Positions 1-8,035 of a DNA stretch of 25,397 nt are shown here, in pieces. Both the position numbers and the translations under genes were made by a program. The notes under the pieces were generated by a model, which worked only from the letters and a program-made list of their open reading frames with translations, had not been told where the DNA came from and made no database searches. Position 1 is the stretch's first letter. Every line of letters begins with the position of its first letter. Source of the stretch: a virus (taxonomy: Duplodnaviria > Caudoviricetes); IMG/VR virus record IMGVR_UViG_3300009684_000159, positions 1 through 25,397 of that record. The stretch is one strand, 5' to 3'.

Positions 1-2
1 AA

Positions 3-701
3 GCAAGCTGGTGCATTGATACAACCATTGAGGGTTCACAAGGTGACATTAACGCTTATATTCAAGATCAAGCAAGCATTGGAACGATTGCACCCGCTGG
101 CTCTGAGTTCGTACATACCGCGAAAGTAAAGCGCGAGTATAAAGGCGTTGAAGGCACTGGTAAAGGTGGCGGTAACGTTACATTTGAGTGGGCGCTTTCA
201 TGCGTTGCTTCAGGCATGGGGATTCCTATTTCTTATTTTGGGACTCACTTATCAGGCGGTCAAACTCGCGCTTCAGCTATTGTAGCAACCGAACCAGTCG
301 CTAAGAAATTTGAAGGGCGTCAGAAAATTTATGAGCAAGTGATTTTAGATTTATGGGATCACTTAATGGATCACTTCGGAATTGACGCCGAGTGTGAAGT
401 TACGTTCCCTGAAATTGTTACCGCTGACCGTTCACAAAAACTTCAAGACTTGGCATTTGCTGAGAACATGAAATGGTTTGCAAATGAGCGCGTGGCTAAC
501 ATGGTAGCGAAAGAATTTAACGTTACCGATTATATTTACGACGAAGAGCAAATGAAAATTAAAGAGGATCCAAGCTCACCAGCAATGGCCAGCCCATTGA
601 CCGCGCCTTCGTCTATTGGTAGCATTCCGGAAGTACCTAAATCTAATAGCAATATTCCCTCGACTGAAAAAACCGAGATCAAGGATAAACACTATGACTG
701 A
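3..701 (+). CDS. Portal protein, C-terminal part (5' truncated by the window edge)
   Basis: The frame of ORF 216..701 is open from nt 3 (ASWCIDTTIEG...VASGMGIPISYFG). 'GIP..YFG', 'EVTFPEIV' and the low-complexity tail are typical of portal C-termini. It lies directly upstream of the head genes. Confidence 0.8.
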   Translation, partial: ASWCIDTTIEGSQGDINAYIQDQASIGTIAPAGSEFVHTAKVKREYKGVEGTGKGGGNVTFEWALSCVASGMGIPISYFGTHLSGGQTRASAIVATEPVAKKFEGRQKIYEQVILDLWDHLMDHFGIDAECEVTFPEIVTADRSQKLQDLAFAENMKWFANERVANMVAKEFNVTDYIYDEEQMKIKEDPSSPAMASPLTAPSSIGSIPEVPKSNSNIPSTEKTEIKDKHYD

Positions 702-1068
702 TAGACTTAAAAAGTTAGCCGAAGCAAGTTTTGACGATGTAATGGAAGACCCACATTCGTTTGGGATGCCCTCATTTGACGAGTTTGTGAAAAACCCTGA
801 GACTCTACTAGGCAGAGAAGACGAACGACTTCAAGAAGTTGATCGCGGTTCCACGAATTTAAATAAAGTTGTTAGACGACATATTTACGAAATCGAAGGA
901 TACCGCTGCAAGTCTCTTGAGGAAGTTGAGCGAGTCGCGAAAAGTATGGGCATAAACTTAAAAGAAATGGATTACCAACCTCAAGTTCAGCCCAACACTA
1001 GCGGCAAGTTTGACATTAAAGTTAAGTTCGTTTCTAAAGCTCAAAGAACTAAACGAGAAAAATGGTAG
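694..1068 (+). CDS. Hypothetical head-module protein (124 aa)
   Basis: ATG at 694 (MTDRLKKLAEAS) overlaps the end of the portal gene, so it is a more plausible start than 616. No recognisable family. Confidence 0.65.
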   Translation: MTDRLKKLAEASFDDVMEDPHSFGMPSFDEFVKNPETLLGREDERLQEVDRGSTNLNKVVRRHIYEIEGYRCKSLEEVERVAKSMGINLKEMDYQPQVQPNTSGKFDIKVKFVSKAQRTKREKW

Positions 1069-1069
1069 A

Positions 1070-2881
1070 ATGAAATTACTTAAAACGATTGAAAGTCTGG
1101 TTAAGAAAAAAGAAGACGACAAAACAGGCATTAAGCAACCGTTTTGGTTCTATGCTTCTGACGTTTATTCGAAGAAAAAAGAAGTTAAGCCAGTGGTGGG
1201 TGAGCCCGAGCCAAAACCATTGACTAACCCAAGCCCAACCGTTGAAGACCAAGTTAATCAAATTTTGTTAGATACTCCCGAGATGAGCGCGGCAACTTTG
1301 GTCAATACATTGAAAGCCAAAGGTTTGGCTATCGTTGATCAAAAAGACAAAGTGGATGCAATGAAAAAAGAGGCTGAACAAATGGGCGCTAACGCCGCTG
1401 TTCTTCGCGCTCAAGTTCCAGACACTAAAAAGAAAAAAGATAAAAAGTTTAAGGGCAAAATGAAGCCCAAGGAATTTGTTCACACTGAAGCTTCTTTAAG
1501 AGATCGATTTGTTTCCGCTCGATTTATGGAAAGCGAAGGCGGGCCATCAAAGGGCGCTCAGGTTAAGAACAAATTTAAAGTAGCTCTTATTCAAGAAGGC
1601 TTAGGAAATCTTAGGGATGGGTTTTATTATTCGGCTAACGCGATTGAAAGTGCAATTACGGCTTTCGAAGGTAAGAAATGCTATGCCGATCACCCTTCGC
1701 GCTCTGAAGATCAAGACAGACCTGAGCGCTCAGTGCGTGACATTATCGGTCACTTTGAGAACGTACACGTTGAAGAGAACGATGATGGTTCCAAAGCTTT
1801 ATGCGCTGACCTTGTTATTTTACCAGACGCACCTTACGAGTGGGCGCGTTCATTAGTTCGTCAGGCTGTAGACTATTCCGAAAAATACGCTGACAAAGAT
1901 TTCGTAGGGCTTTCAATTAATGCTTCGGGAGATGCTGAAGCGTTATCGGTTGAGGATTTCATGAAAGAGGGAAATATTCCTGAGTCATGTAAACCTAAAA
2001 TCATGAAAGCCATCGAAGAAGGTTTGACGCAAATACGAGTAGTGAATACTATTCGAGATGCGATCTCAACAGACTTAGTAACTGAGGCGGGAGCAAAGGG
2101 CCGCGTCTTGGAAATTATGGAAAGTGAAAAAAAGGAGAAAGAAATGGCAAAGAAAGACATTCTACCCAAAGAGGCAGAAGACGAAGCAATGAAAATGAAA
2201 CAAAAACATGAGTCTGAAAACGAAGACGAAGCTCAAGATGCGCCTGAACAAAACGGCGATCATGGGGACGAAGAGCAAGATAAGAAACTTATCCTCGACA
2301 TGATTAAAAAACACATGGGCGATGATGGTAAAGAAATGGGCGAAGAAGAAGAAGAAGCCGCTCATAAAGCTTGCGAAGCTTACAAGGAAATGGGTTACGA
2401 GTCAGAAGACGCAGCTAAGGCAACCGCTCATGCAATGAAATTAGCAAAGCACATGGCCGCAAAGCATGAAGCTGAAAAATGCGAGTCTGAAGACGAAGCT
2501 AAGCATGAAAGCGAAGACGAAGCAAAACACGAGTCAGAAGATGAAGCTAAAAAAGAAGCGGCGTCTATGAAGCTTGAAGCTCGTATCGCAATGCTTGAGT
2601 CAGAACTTAAGAAGCGCGACATGGCTGTATACCTTGACAAGAAATTGTCAGAGTCAAAACTTCCACGTTCTGTGACTGATAAGATTCGTGCTAAAAAGAT
2701 TCGCTCTGAAAAAGAAGCGGATGAAGCAATCAAAATTTATGTGGAAGCTTTTAAAGAAGCTGGTCTATCGCTTGGAAGTGAGTCTAAAGCGAAGTCCTCT
2801 TTCTTTGTAACTTCAACTGAAAAAACCGTAAGTGCACCGTCTAAAGGAAATAAAATTTCTTTCGGCGATATGCTTAAATAA
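1070..2881 (+). CDS. Prohead maturation protease fused to C-terminal scaffold
   Basis: ATG at 1070 follows the TAG at 1068. Catalytic-type motifs CYADHP (His), VGLSINASG (Ser) and DLVTEAGAKG (Asp) resemble HK97/T4 gp21/herpes-fold prohead proteases. The C-terminal third is a highly charged helical region, directly upstream of the capsid genes. Confidence 0.8.
   Translation: MKLLKTIESLVKKKEDDKTGIKQPFWFYASDVYSKKKEVKPVVGEPEPKPLTNPSPTVEDQVNQILLDTPEMSAATLVNTLKAKGLAIVDQKDKVDAMKKEAEQMGANAAVLRAQVPDTKKKKDKKFKGKMKPKEFVHTEASLRDRFVSARFMESEGGPSKGAQVKNKFKVALIQEGLGNLRDGFYYSANAIESAITAFEGKKCYADHPSRSEDQDRPERSVRDIIGHFENVHVEENDDGSKALCADLVILPDAPYEWARSLVRQAVDYSEKYADKDFVGLSINASGDAEALSVEDFMKEGNIPESCKPKIMKAIEEGLTQIRVVNTIRDAISTDLVTEAGAKGRVLEIMESEKKEKEMAKKDILPKEAEDEAMKMKQKHESENEDEAQDAPEQNGDHGDEEQDKKLILDMIKKHMGDDGKEMGEEEEEAAHKACEAYKEMGYESEDAAKATAHAMKLAKHMAAKHEAEKCESEDEAKHESEDEAKHESEDEAKKEAASMKLEARIAMLESELKKRDMAVYLDKKLSESKLPRSVTDKIRAKKIRSEKEADEAIKIYVEAFKEAGLSLGSESKAKSSFFVTSTEKTVSAPSKGNKISFGDMLK
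2483..2554 (+). repeat. Three 24-nt tandem coding repeats (ESEDEAKH / ESEDEAKH / ESEDEAKK) in the scaffold
   Basis: gagtctgaagacgaagctaagcat / gaaagcgaagacgaagcaaaacac / gagtcagaagatgaagctaaaaaa; the differences are mostly synonymous. Confidence 0.85.
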
Positions 2882-2905
2882 ATATAAACAAGGAGAAATA
2901 AAAAC

Positions 2906-3397
2906 ATGGCTACGAAAGCGATCAATAACATTGTACGTTCAGTAAGACCCGGATCTGTATTCGAGTCCGCATTGAACTTAATTAGCTCGGCAGTGAGCTT
3001 CAACCAAGGTGATATTCTTTATTTAGATACTACCAATCACCTAATCAAACCAGTAACTAGCGATACAGACGCGGCTCGCGTTTTGGGCGTTGCTCGTAAC
3101 ACAATCGTTAATGGAAAGTTAATCTCTTCATACACTGGCACGTCTGTAGACGCTGCTCAAGCTATTGAAGGAATTGCTGGCCCACAATACGGAGTCATTT
3201 GCCTTCTTAAATTGAAGTCTGGCGATTCTTTCGTTGCTGGCGGTGACGTTTATGCTTCTACCACTGACGCACAAACTGTGTCTTCAACTGGTACAAACAA
3301 AATTGGTATTTTTCAAGACGCTGCAATCACTGCGGGTTCGTCTTCAACTGGTAGAGTTTTACTAGGCTGTAACAACGGCGCTGGTTTTGAACTTTAA
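2906..3397 (+). CDS. Capsid decoration/cement protein
   Basis: Strong RBS (aaggag at about 2890). 163 aa, rich in small residues and beta-type sequence. Sits between scaffold and major capsid genes. Confidence 0.65.
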   Translation: MATKAINNIVRSVRPGSVFESALNLISSAVSFNQGDILYLDTTNHLIKPVTSDTDAARVLGVARNTIVNGKLISSYTGTSVDAAQAIEGIAGPQYGVICLLKLKSGDSFVAGGDVYASTTDAQTVSSTGTNKIGIFQDAAITAGSSSTGRVLLGCNNGAGFEL

Positions 3398-3419
3398 TTT
3401 ATAAAGGAATAAAAAATAA

Positions 3420-4598
3420 ATGAGTACACATAAAATTGGATTCAAAAACACTGCCGATGAAAACCGCGCAGTGATTACAGAAAAACTATGGGCGTCTGAA
3501 GACGAGCAATCATTGATTGAATCAATGAAGCGTTCTTTCGGCGTTGACCCAAGAGATGCGAAAGCATTTCCGGTTCTTGAGCGTTCTTTCAACTGGAAAA
3601 AAACCAAGAACAAATTAGCAGAAGCGGATCAAATGGGAGCATTCCCAGCGGTTCTTCGTGCTGGTGTTCAAACTATCGTTAACAGCGCTTATGAGTCTGT
3701 TCCGACTACATTTGAACAATGGGCACACACTGTTAACTCTTCTCGTCAAGAAGAACTTTACGCACCACTACAAGGTGTTGGTTTCCCTTCTCAAATCGGG
3801 GAGAACGAAATCTATCCGGAAGTGGGCGCGGCTGGTTTGGACATCAAGCTCAGAAATAGAAAGTACGGAACTTTGTTCGCAGTTTCTAAAGAACTTTTAG
3901 AAGACGATCAAACGGGCCAATTTCAAAAACAATCCGGCTTGCTTGGTCAATATGCTAAACAAGTTCTTGAAGTTCTTTGCTACGGTAAATTGGCTTCAGT
4001 ATCAGGAATGACTTATGGAAACATGAGCGTACCTAAATCTGAAACTCAACCTTCAACTGAAGCAAATTACCCTTGGTCTACTTCACTAGTGGGCGGCGGT
4101 TCAACTAGACCAGCTTCTTACGGTGCGTTAAATCAAGCTAACATTCAAGCGGGCTTTATTGCTCTAATGAATCAGAAAAACTTGCTTGGTTTGAAAATGT
4201 CAGTTCAACCTGACGCGATCATCGCTTCACCTCACTACAAATTCGATTTAGCTACTTTGCTTCATTCTGGATACTATCCAACTGGTGCAACGGCTGGAGC
4301 GACTGGGGGCGCGTTCTCTATCAACCCAATCGAAGGTATTGCTAACCCAATCATTTCTCGATTCGTGTTTGACCAAAACGGTTCAGTAAGTGCTGACTCT
4401 AAAGCATGGTACGTTCTTGATTCTAAAGTACCTGCGTTCATTGCTCAGATTCGTGAAGCGGCCGTGGTTGAATTAGAGAACCCAGCATCTGGTATGAGTT
4501 TCGACCGTGATGTAATTCGCTTTAAAGTTCGTATTCGTGCGAACGCGGATTTCATTGACAGTCGTTTCTTCTATCAAGGTTCTGACGGTTCTGTATAA
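3420..4598 (+). CDS. Major capsid protein (HK97 fold, Mu gpT-like)
   Basis: 392 aa. 'IGENEIYPE', 'KYGTLFAVSKELLEDDQTG', 'QPDAIIASP' and 'FDRDVIRFKVRIR' match Mu-gpT-like capsid patterns; position agrees. Confidence 0.9.
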   Translation: MSTHKIGFKNTADENRAVITEKLWASEDEQSLIESMKRSFGVDPRDAKAFPVLERSFNWKKTKNKLAEADQMGAFPAVLRAGVQTIVNSAYESVPTTFEQWAHTVNSSRQEELYAPLQGVGFPSQIGENEIYPEVGAAGLDIKLRNRKYGTLFAVSKELLEDDQTGQFQKQSGLLGQYAKQVLEVLCYGKLASVSGMTYGNMSVPKSETQPSTEANYPWSTSLVGGGSTRPASYGALNQANIQAGFIALMNQKNLLGLKMSVQPDAIIASPHYKFDLATLLHSGYYPTGATAGATGGAFSINPIEGIANPIISRFVFDQNGSVSADSKAWYVLDSKVPAFIAQIREAAVVELENPASGMSFDRDVIRFKVRIRANADFIDSRFFYQGSDGSV

Positions 4599-4615
4599 TT
4601 AATTTTACTCTTGAC

Positions 4616-4642
4616 GGGTGGGGTGGCACTGCTACCCTACCC
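4616..4642 (+). terminator. GC-rich stem-loop after the major capsid gene (partial terminator or mRNA stabiliser)
   Basis: GGGTGGGGTGGC-act-GCTACCCTACCC forms 12 bp including two G-U pairs on the + strand; only a weak U tract follows. Confidence 0.6.
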
Positions 4643-4657
4643 TTAAGGGGAAATTTA

Positions 4658-5086
4658 ATGGCGAGAATAAAACAGGGCAAGAGTTTGTCGGTCATCTATA
4701 AATCTGAAACACCTGAAGAGGTAGTACAAAGAACAATAGAAAAACCAATTCGTGATGTCGAAAAGCCATCACAAGAGTTTAAGACACTTGCTGAAACTAT
4801 CGCTAAAAGTTCTACATACATTCGAAATTGGTATCACGACGAGCTTCGTCAGAGATACAAGCATTATGACCGCATGAAGCGCTTTGATAAATTTTTTCCA
4901 TTTGCTAGACTTGGCGACGACTTGACCACAACCACACTATATGTCGATGAGCCAGCGAATGAACCCGAAGCGGATCAATGCTATGCCAAGGCAGCGGTAA
5001 TGAAAGAGCTTGGCTTAAACTATGTGATTTTAGAGAAGGACACTGTTCTCTTTGACGCATTAATTCAGTTAGGGGTTTTTAAATGA
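4658..5086 (+). CDS. Hypothetical protein, C-terminal half possibly a degenerate Vsr/DUF559-like nuclease fold
   Basis: RBS aagggg; ATGA overlap with the next gene. The pattern RFDKFFP...LYVDE...K..VMKELGLNYVIL loosely recalls DUF559. Confidence 0.5.
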   Translation: MARIKQGKSLSVIYKSETPEEVVQRTIEKPIRDVEKPSQEFKTLAETIAKSSTYIRNWYHDELRQRYKHYDRMKRFDKFFPFARLGDDLTTTTLYVDEPANEPEADQCYAKAAVMKELGLNYVILEKDTVLFDALIQLGVFK

Positions 5087-5748
5087 GTTGGACGACAGCA
5101 TTAAGCGACTTAAGAACAAAGCTTTCTGACAATTCAACCGACCGCCTTCGAGCATTTAAGCGCGTCTTTGGTGACATAAATGGCACTAATACAATTTTTA
5201 AGACTTTCGAATTTCGTAGAATTACTGACCTCACTACAGCAACGGGCTTTCTTGGTGTTTATAAAAATGGAGTTCGCTTACTTAATTCCGATGTTTCGAA
5301 TGATGATTTGGTGACGGGTTATTTTCAATTAGTGGCCGCACCTGTATCGGGTGACGTTATCGAATGCACTTACTATTCTCAATACTTTTTAGACACTGAA
5401 CTTCAAAGCTTTTTAAGGCTTGCATCTAATTTTTTAGCGGCTGGTGATGATTACTCCCAAGTAATTGGCGGGCTTCAAACCGCTGCCTTAACTTATGCGA
5501 GTGCCGAGGCTTATCAAAAACTAGCCCTTCGTTTCGCTGACACGTTCGCAGATACTTACAAGATGCAAGATTTACCAGACGGTGAACGCGAAAAGATTAT
5601 TATTCAATTTAAGAAATCGTCTGAAGACGCTCGAACTGAAGCAATGAAATTAAGAAACGACTATTACGAGAATCGTCAAGGTCAAGCGCTTGCTCCTCTT
5701 TGGGGCAGCTCTCTTGGTGGCGTTCTAGATGTGGCGCCTAACCGATGA
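5083..5748 (+). CDS. Head-tail adaptor with an inserted beta-sandwich domain
   Basis: Helical N- and C-parts ('LSDLRTKLSD', 'YFLDTELQSFL') typical of adaptors flank a 'GDINGTNTIF...VYKNGV...AAPVSGDVIECTY' beta module. Confidence 0.65.
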   Translation: MSWTTALSDLRTKLSDNSTDRLRAFKRVFGDINGTNTIFKTFEFRRITDLTTATGFLGVYKNGVRLLNSDVSNDDLVTGYFQLVAAPVSGDVIECTYYSQYFLDTELQSFLRLASNFLAAGDDYSQVIGGLQTAALTYASAEAYQKLALRFADTFADTYKMQDLPDGEREKIIIQFKKSSEDARTEAMKLRNDYYENRQGQALAPLWGSSLGGVLDVAPNR

Positions 5749-6212
5749 GCGTTTCGTTTGGTTCCAAGGATGACAGCGTTGAAATGAAGCTTGCGGGAAT
5801 GATTGACCGCGGGAAAGCAATGCGTTCATTCTTAAACCGAAACATTTACCGCATTTACCAAAACGCACAAAGAAAGCGATGGTTTACTGAGAACGCTTCA
5901 GAAGGCAAAGCTTGGGATACGGTAAAAGAACCTTACAGAACTTATAAGTTAAAAAAATATGCTTCTTATGATGGCAGTGGAAGTAAGACCATGGTTGCCA
6001 CTGGCGCTTTATTTAAAGCCGTTGTGGGCCCAAGTAATGGTCAATATAAAATTGTAACCGATCACTCAATGACCATTTCAACAAGCATTGAATATGCAAA
6101 ATATGCAGACATTGCACGTTCATTTACTACATGGGGAGATGAGTTTAAAAATAAAATTAAACAATCTATTAATGATTTTTTAATCCTTCAAAAAGAAGGG
6201 AGCCCTGAGTAA
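5745..6212 (+). CDS. Neck/tail completion protein (Mu gpG-like virion morphogenesis protein)
   Basis: 'F..ENASEGKAW', 'MVATGALFKAV' and 'TSIEYAKY' pattern; position in the neck module. Confidence 0.65.
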   Translation: MSVSFGSKDDSVEMKLAGMIDRGKAMRSFLNRNIYRIYQNAQRKRWFTENASEGKAWDTVKEPYRTYKLKKYASYDGSGSKTMVATGALFKAVVGPSNGQYKIVTDHSMTISTSIEYAKYADIARSFTTWGDEFKNKIKQSINDFLILQKEGSPE

Positions 6213-6742
6213 TGCCATCCAGTATCGGTCTTCAGTTAGTTGAGTCTGACGTTTATCTCATTAAGAATTACTTAACCACGAACATGGCGGCGGCATTGTT
6301 ACAAGTCGGAGCGGCTCATGCTTCCACATATCCAGTTGTAGCGGTTGACCCTCCAGCGGATTACTTTATTTATCAAAGAGCAAAGGCATACAGAACGCCA
6401 GCCGTTTTTATTATTCCCGAGCGAATGGACTTTAAAAAGCGCGAACGTGGTCAAAATCACATCAATGCTGAGACTCGGTTAAATGTCACCGTTGTGATTG
6501 AAGATAAAGATGCAGAGCGTATTTATTTAAAAGCTTACCGTTATCAGGCCGCACTCGTTGGGCTTTTAGACCAAGCGAGTTTGACTAGCGGTGATGGTAA
6601 GGTCAAGATTGTGGTTGTGATTGAGAACGCGCAATTCTCGCCTTTGTACTCGGACGCTAAAAGCCCCGATGACCCAAGGGCGATATTTCGTAAGGAAGTA
6701 TCGGTGGAGTTAGCGGTTCAGCATTACGAAAGTTTAATTTAA
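6212..6742 (+). CDS. Tail terminator / tail completion protein
   Basis: 176 aa immediately before the tail tube gene; 'TPAVFIIP' and alpha/beta pattern consistent with lambda gpU-like terminators. Confidence 0.6.
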   Translation: MPSSIGLQLVESDVYLIKNYLTTNMAAALLQVGAAHASTYPVVAVDPPADYFIYQRAKAYRTPAVFIIPERMDFKKRERGQNHINAETRLNVTVVIEDKDAERIYLKAYRYQAALVGLLDQASLTSGDGKVKIVVVIENAQFSPLYSDAKSPDDPRAIFRKEVSVELAVQHYESLI

Positions 6743-6754
6743 AAGGAGAAAAAT

Positions 6755-7288
6755 ATGAGTCAGGCAATAGTAACAACAAGTAATATGGAATTAACCCCAA
6801 TGATCGTAAAATTTGGAACTTCGGGTTCTGAAGTTGATCTAGGTGGTAGTTTGGGAAATGTTGTAATTTCAGCTAAATACAGCAAAGCAAATATTTTAGC
6901 AGACCAAAGCGGTACTACAATCAGAGATCGTCGTGTTTCTGGTGTTGAAGTAACTGTGACAACCGAGTTAGCAGAAATTCAAAGCAAAGACATTTGGAAA
7001 GTAGTATTTCCTCATGCAACTTTGTCTGGAACTGGAACCTCTGGAACAATCACGTTCAATCAAAATATTGGTGACAGTGATTTGTCTAACGCTAAAAGTT
7101 TAGTGTTACACCCTGAAAGCAAGGGCGCACTTGATTTATCTGGCGACTATACTTTCTGGAAAGCGGTTGCAAGCGCTGAATCAAGCATTACATACGGCCC
7201 AACTGAGCAAGCTAAACTTAAAATTGTTTGGAATATTTTACCAGACGAGTCTGTTACTCCTAACCGTTTCTTCAAATATGGGACATAA
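6755..7288 (+). CDS. Major tail (tube) protein
   Basis: Strong RBS aaggag; 'DLGGSLGNV', 'VTVTTELAE' and 'LVLHP' tube-protein pattern; followed by chaperone pair and tape measure; no sheath gene present. Confidence 0.8.
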   Translation: MSQAIVTTSNMELTPMIVKFGTSGSEVDLGGSLGNVVISAKYSKANILADQSGTTIRDRRVSGVEVTVTTELAEIQSKDIWKVVFPHATLSGTGTSGTITFNQNIGDSDLSNAKSLVLHPESKGALDLSGDYTFWKAVASAESSITYGPTEQAKLKIVWNILPDESVTPNRFFKYGT

Positions 7289-7295
7289 TTGATTC

Positions 7296-7679
7296 ATGAA
7301 TCTTTTTAACTTAAAACCAGCGAGACAAGACAATGTACCAATCGTTAGCGATTTAGATGCTATGGTTGCGGTGTCGGTTCCGTTTAGGTTCAATGGAAAG
7401 ATTCACAATATTAAACCAATTAGCGTTCTTGAGTTTTACCAGTACACCCAAGCACTTGGAAAACTCGTCGAACTCAAGGACGCTGAAAAGGTATCAGGCG
7501 AAGAGCTTGTCGATTGTTACTTTAATTTGTTTAAAGCGGTATGTGATACCATCACCCATCAAGACATTGAAAAGATGAGCACCTCGCAAGCGTCCGCATT
7601 GTTCGCATTAACACTTGATTGTGTGACTGGCAAAGCTCAAGCAGACCAAGAAAACGAAAAAAAAAAGCCAATAACTTAA
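7296..7679 (+). CDS. Tail assembly chaperone (lambda gpG analogue)
   Basis: Lies between tail tube and tape measure; ends in EKKKPIT over a slippery A tract. Confidence 0.8.
   Translation: MNLFNLKPARQDNVPIVSDLDAMVAVSVPFRFNGKIHNIKPISVLEFYQYTQALGKLVELKDAEKVSGEELVDCYFNLFKAVCDTITHQDIEKMSTSQASALFALTLDCVTGKAQADQENEKKKPIT
7656..7667 (+). other. Programmed -1 ribosomal frameshift site (GAA AAA AAA AAG, containing A_AAA_AAG)
   Basis: In-frame X_XXY_YYZ heptamer at 7661-7667; the downstream ORF (7619..8035) is in the -1 frame. Confidence 0.85.
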
Positions 7680-8035
7680 AAGAAAAAGTTGAACAAGTAA
7701 AAATTAGCGCTTCCGATCTTACCGCTGAAGCTTGTTTAATGTTTGGTTGGACAGCCGAGCAAGTTCTTAACATGCCAGCGACTCGGTTTTTTTCTTTGTT
7801 ACAAAGTGCCAGAAAAATATCACAACGCAAGCAAGCTGAAAAATATGTTGCAGAATGCGACATTGCCTCAATTTCTCTAGGCGATTCAGAGTATTACGAA
7901 AAGATTCGCAAGGTGTTTTACTTTCGAGCAATTGGGCGAGAGGATAAGTTAGAACGTAGGGCACTCGATCCCACTGACCCTGCGACCGTTGCCGCTATCG
8001 AAAGCTTTTTTGACACTGTTCAAAGGATGCAATAA
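7667..8035 (+). CDS. Tail assembly chaperone frameshift extension (lambda gpT analogue)
   Basis: The -1 frame ORF has no convincing independent RBS/start; 'FGWTAEQVLNMP..RF' is typical of gpGT C-terminal parts; it abuts the tape measure ATG. Confidence 0.8.
   Translation, partial: ANNLKEKVEQVKISASDLTAEACLMFGWTAEQVLNMPATRFFSLLQSARKISQRKQAEKYVAECDIASISLGDSEYYEKIRKVFYFRAIGREDKLERRALDPTDPATVAAIESFFDTVQRMQ

Noticed and set aside
616-1069. ORF-track starts at 616 and 1010
   Set aside because: Non-ATG starts with long overlaps; the ATGs at 694 and 1070 adjoin the upstream stop codons.
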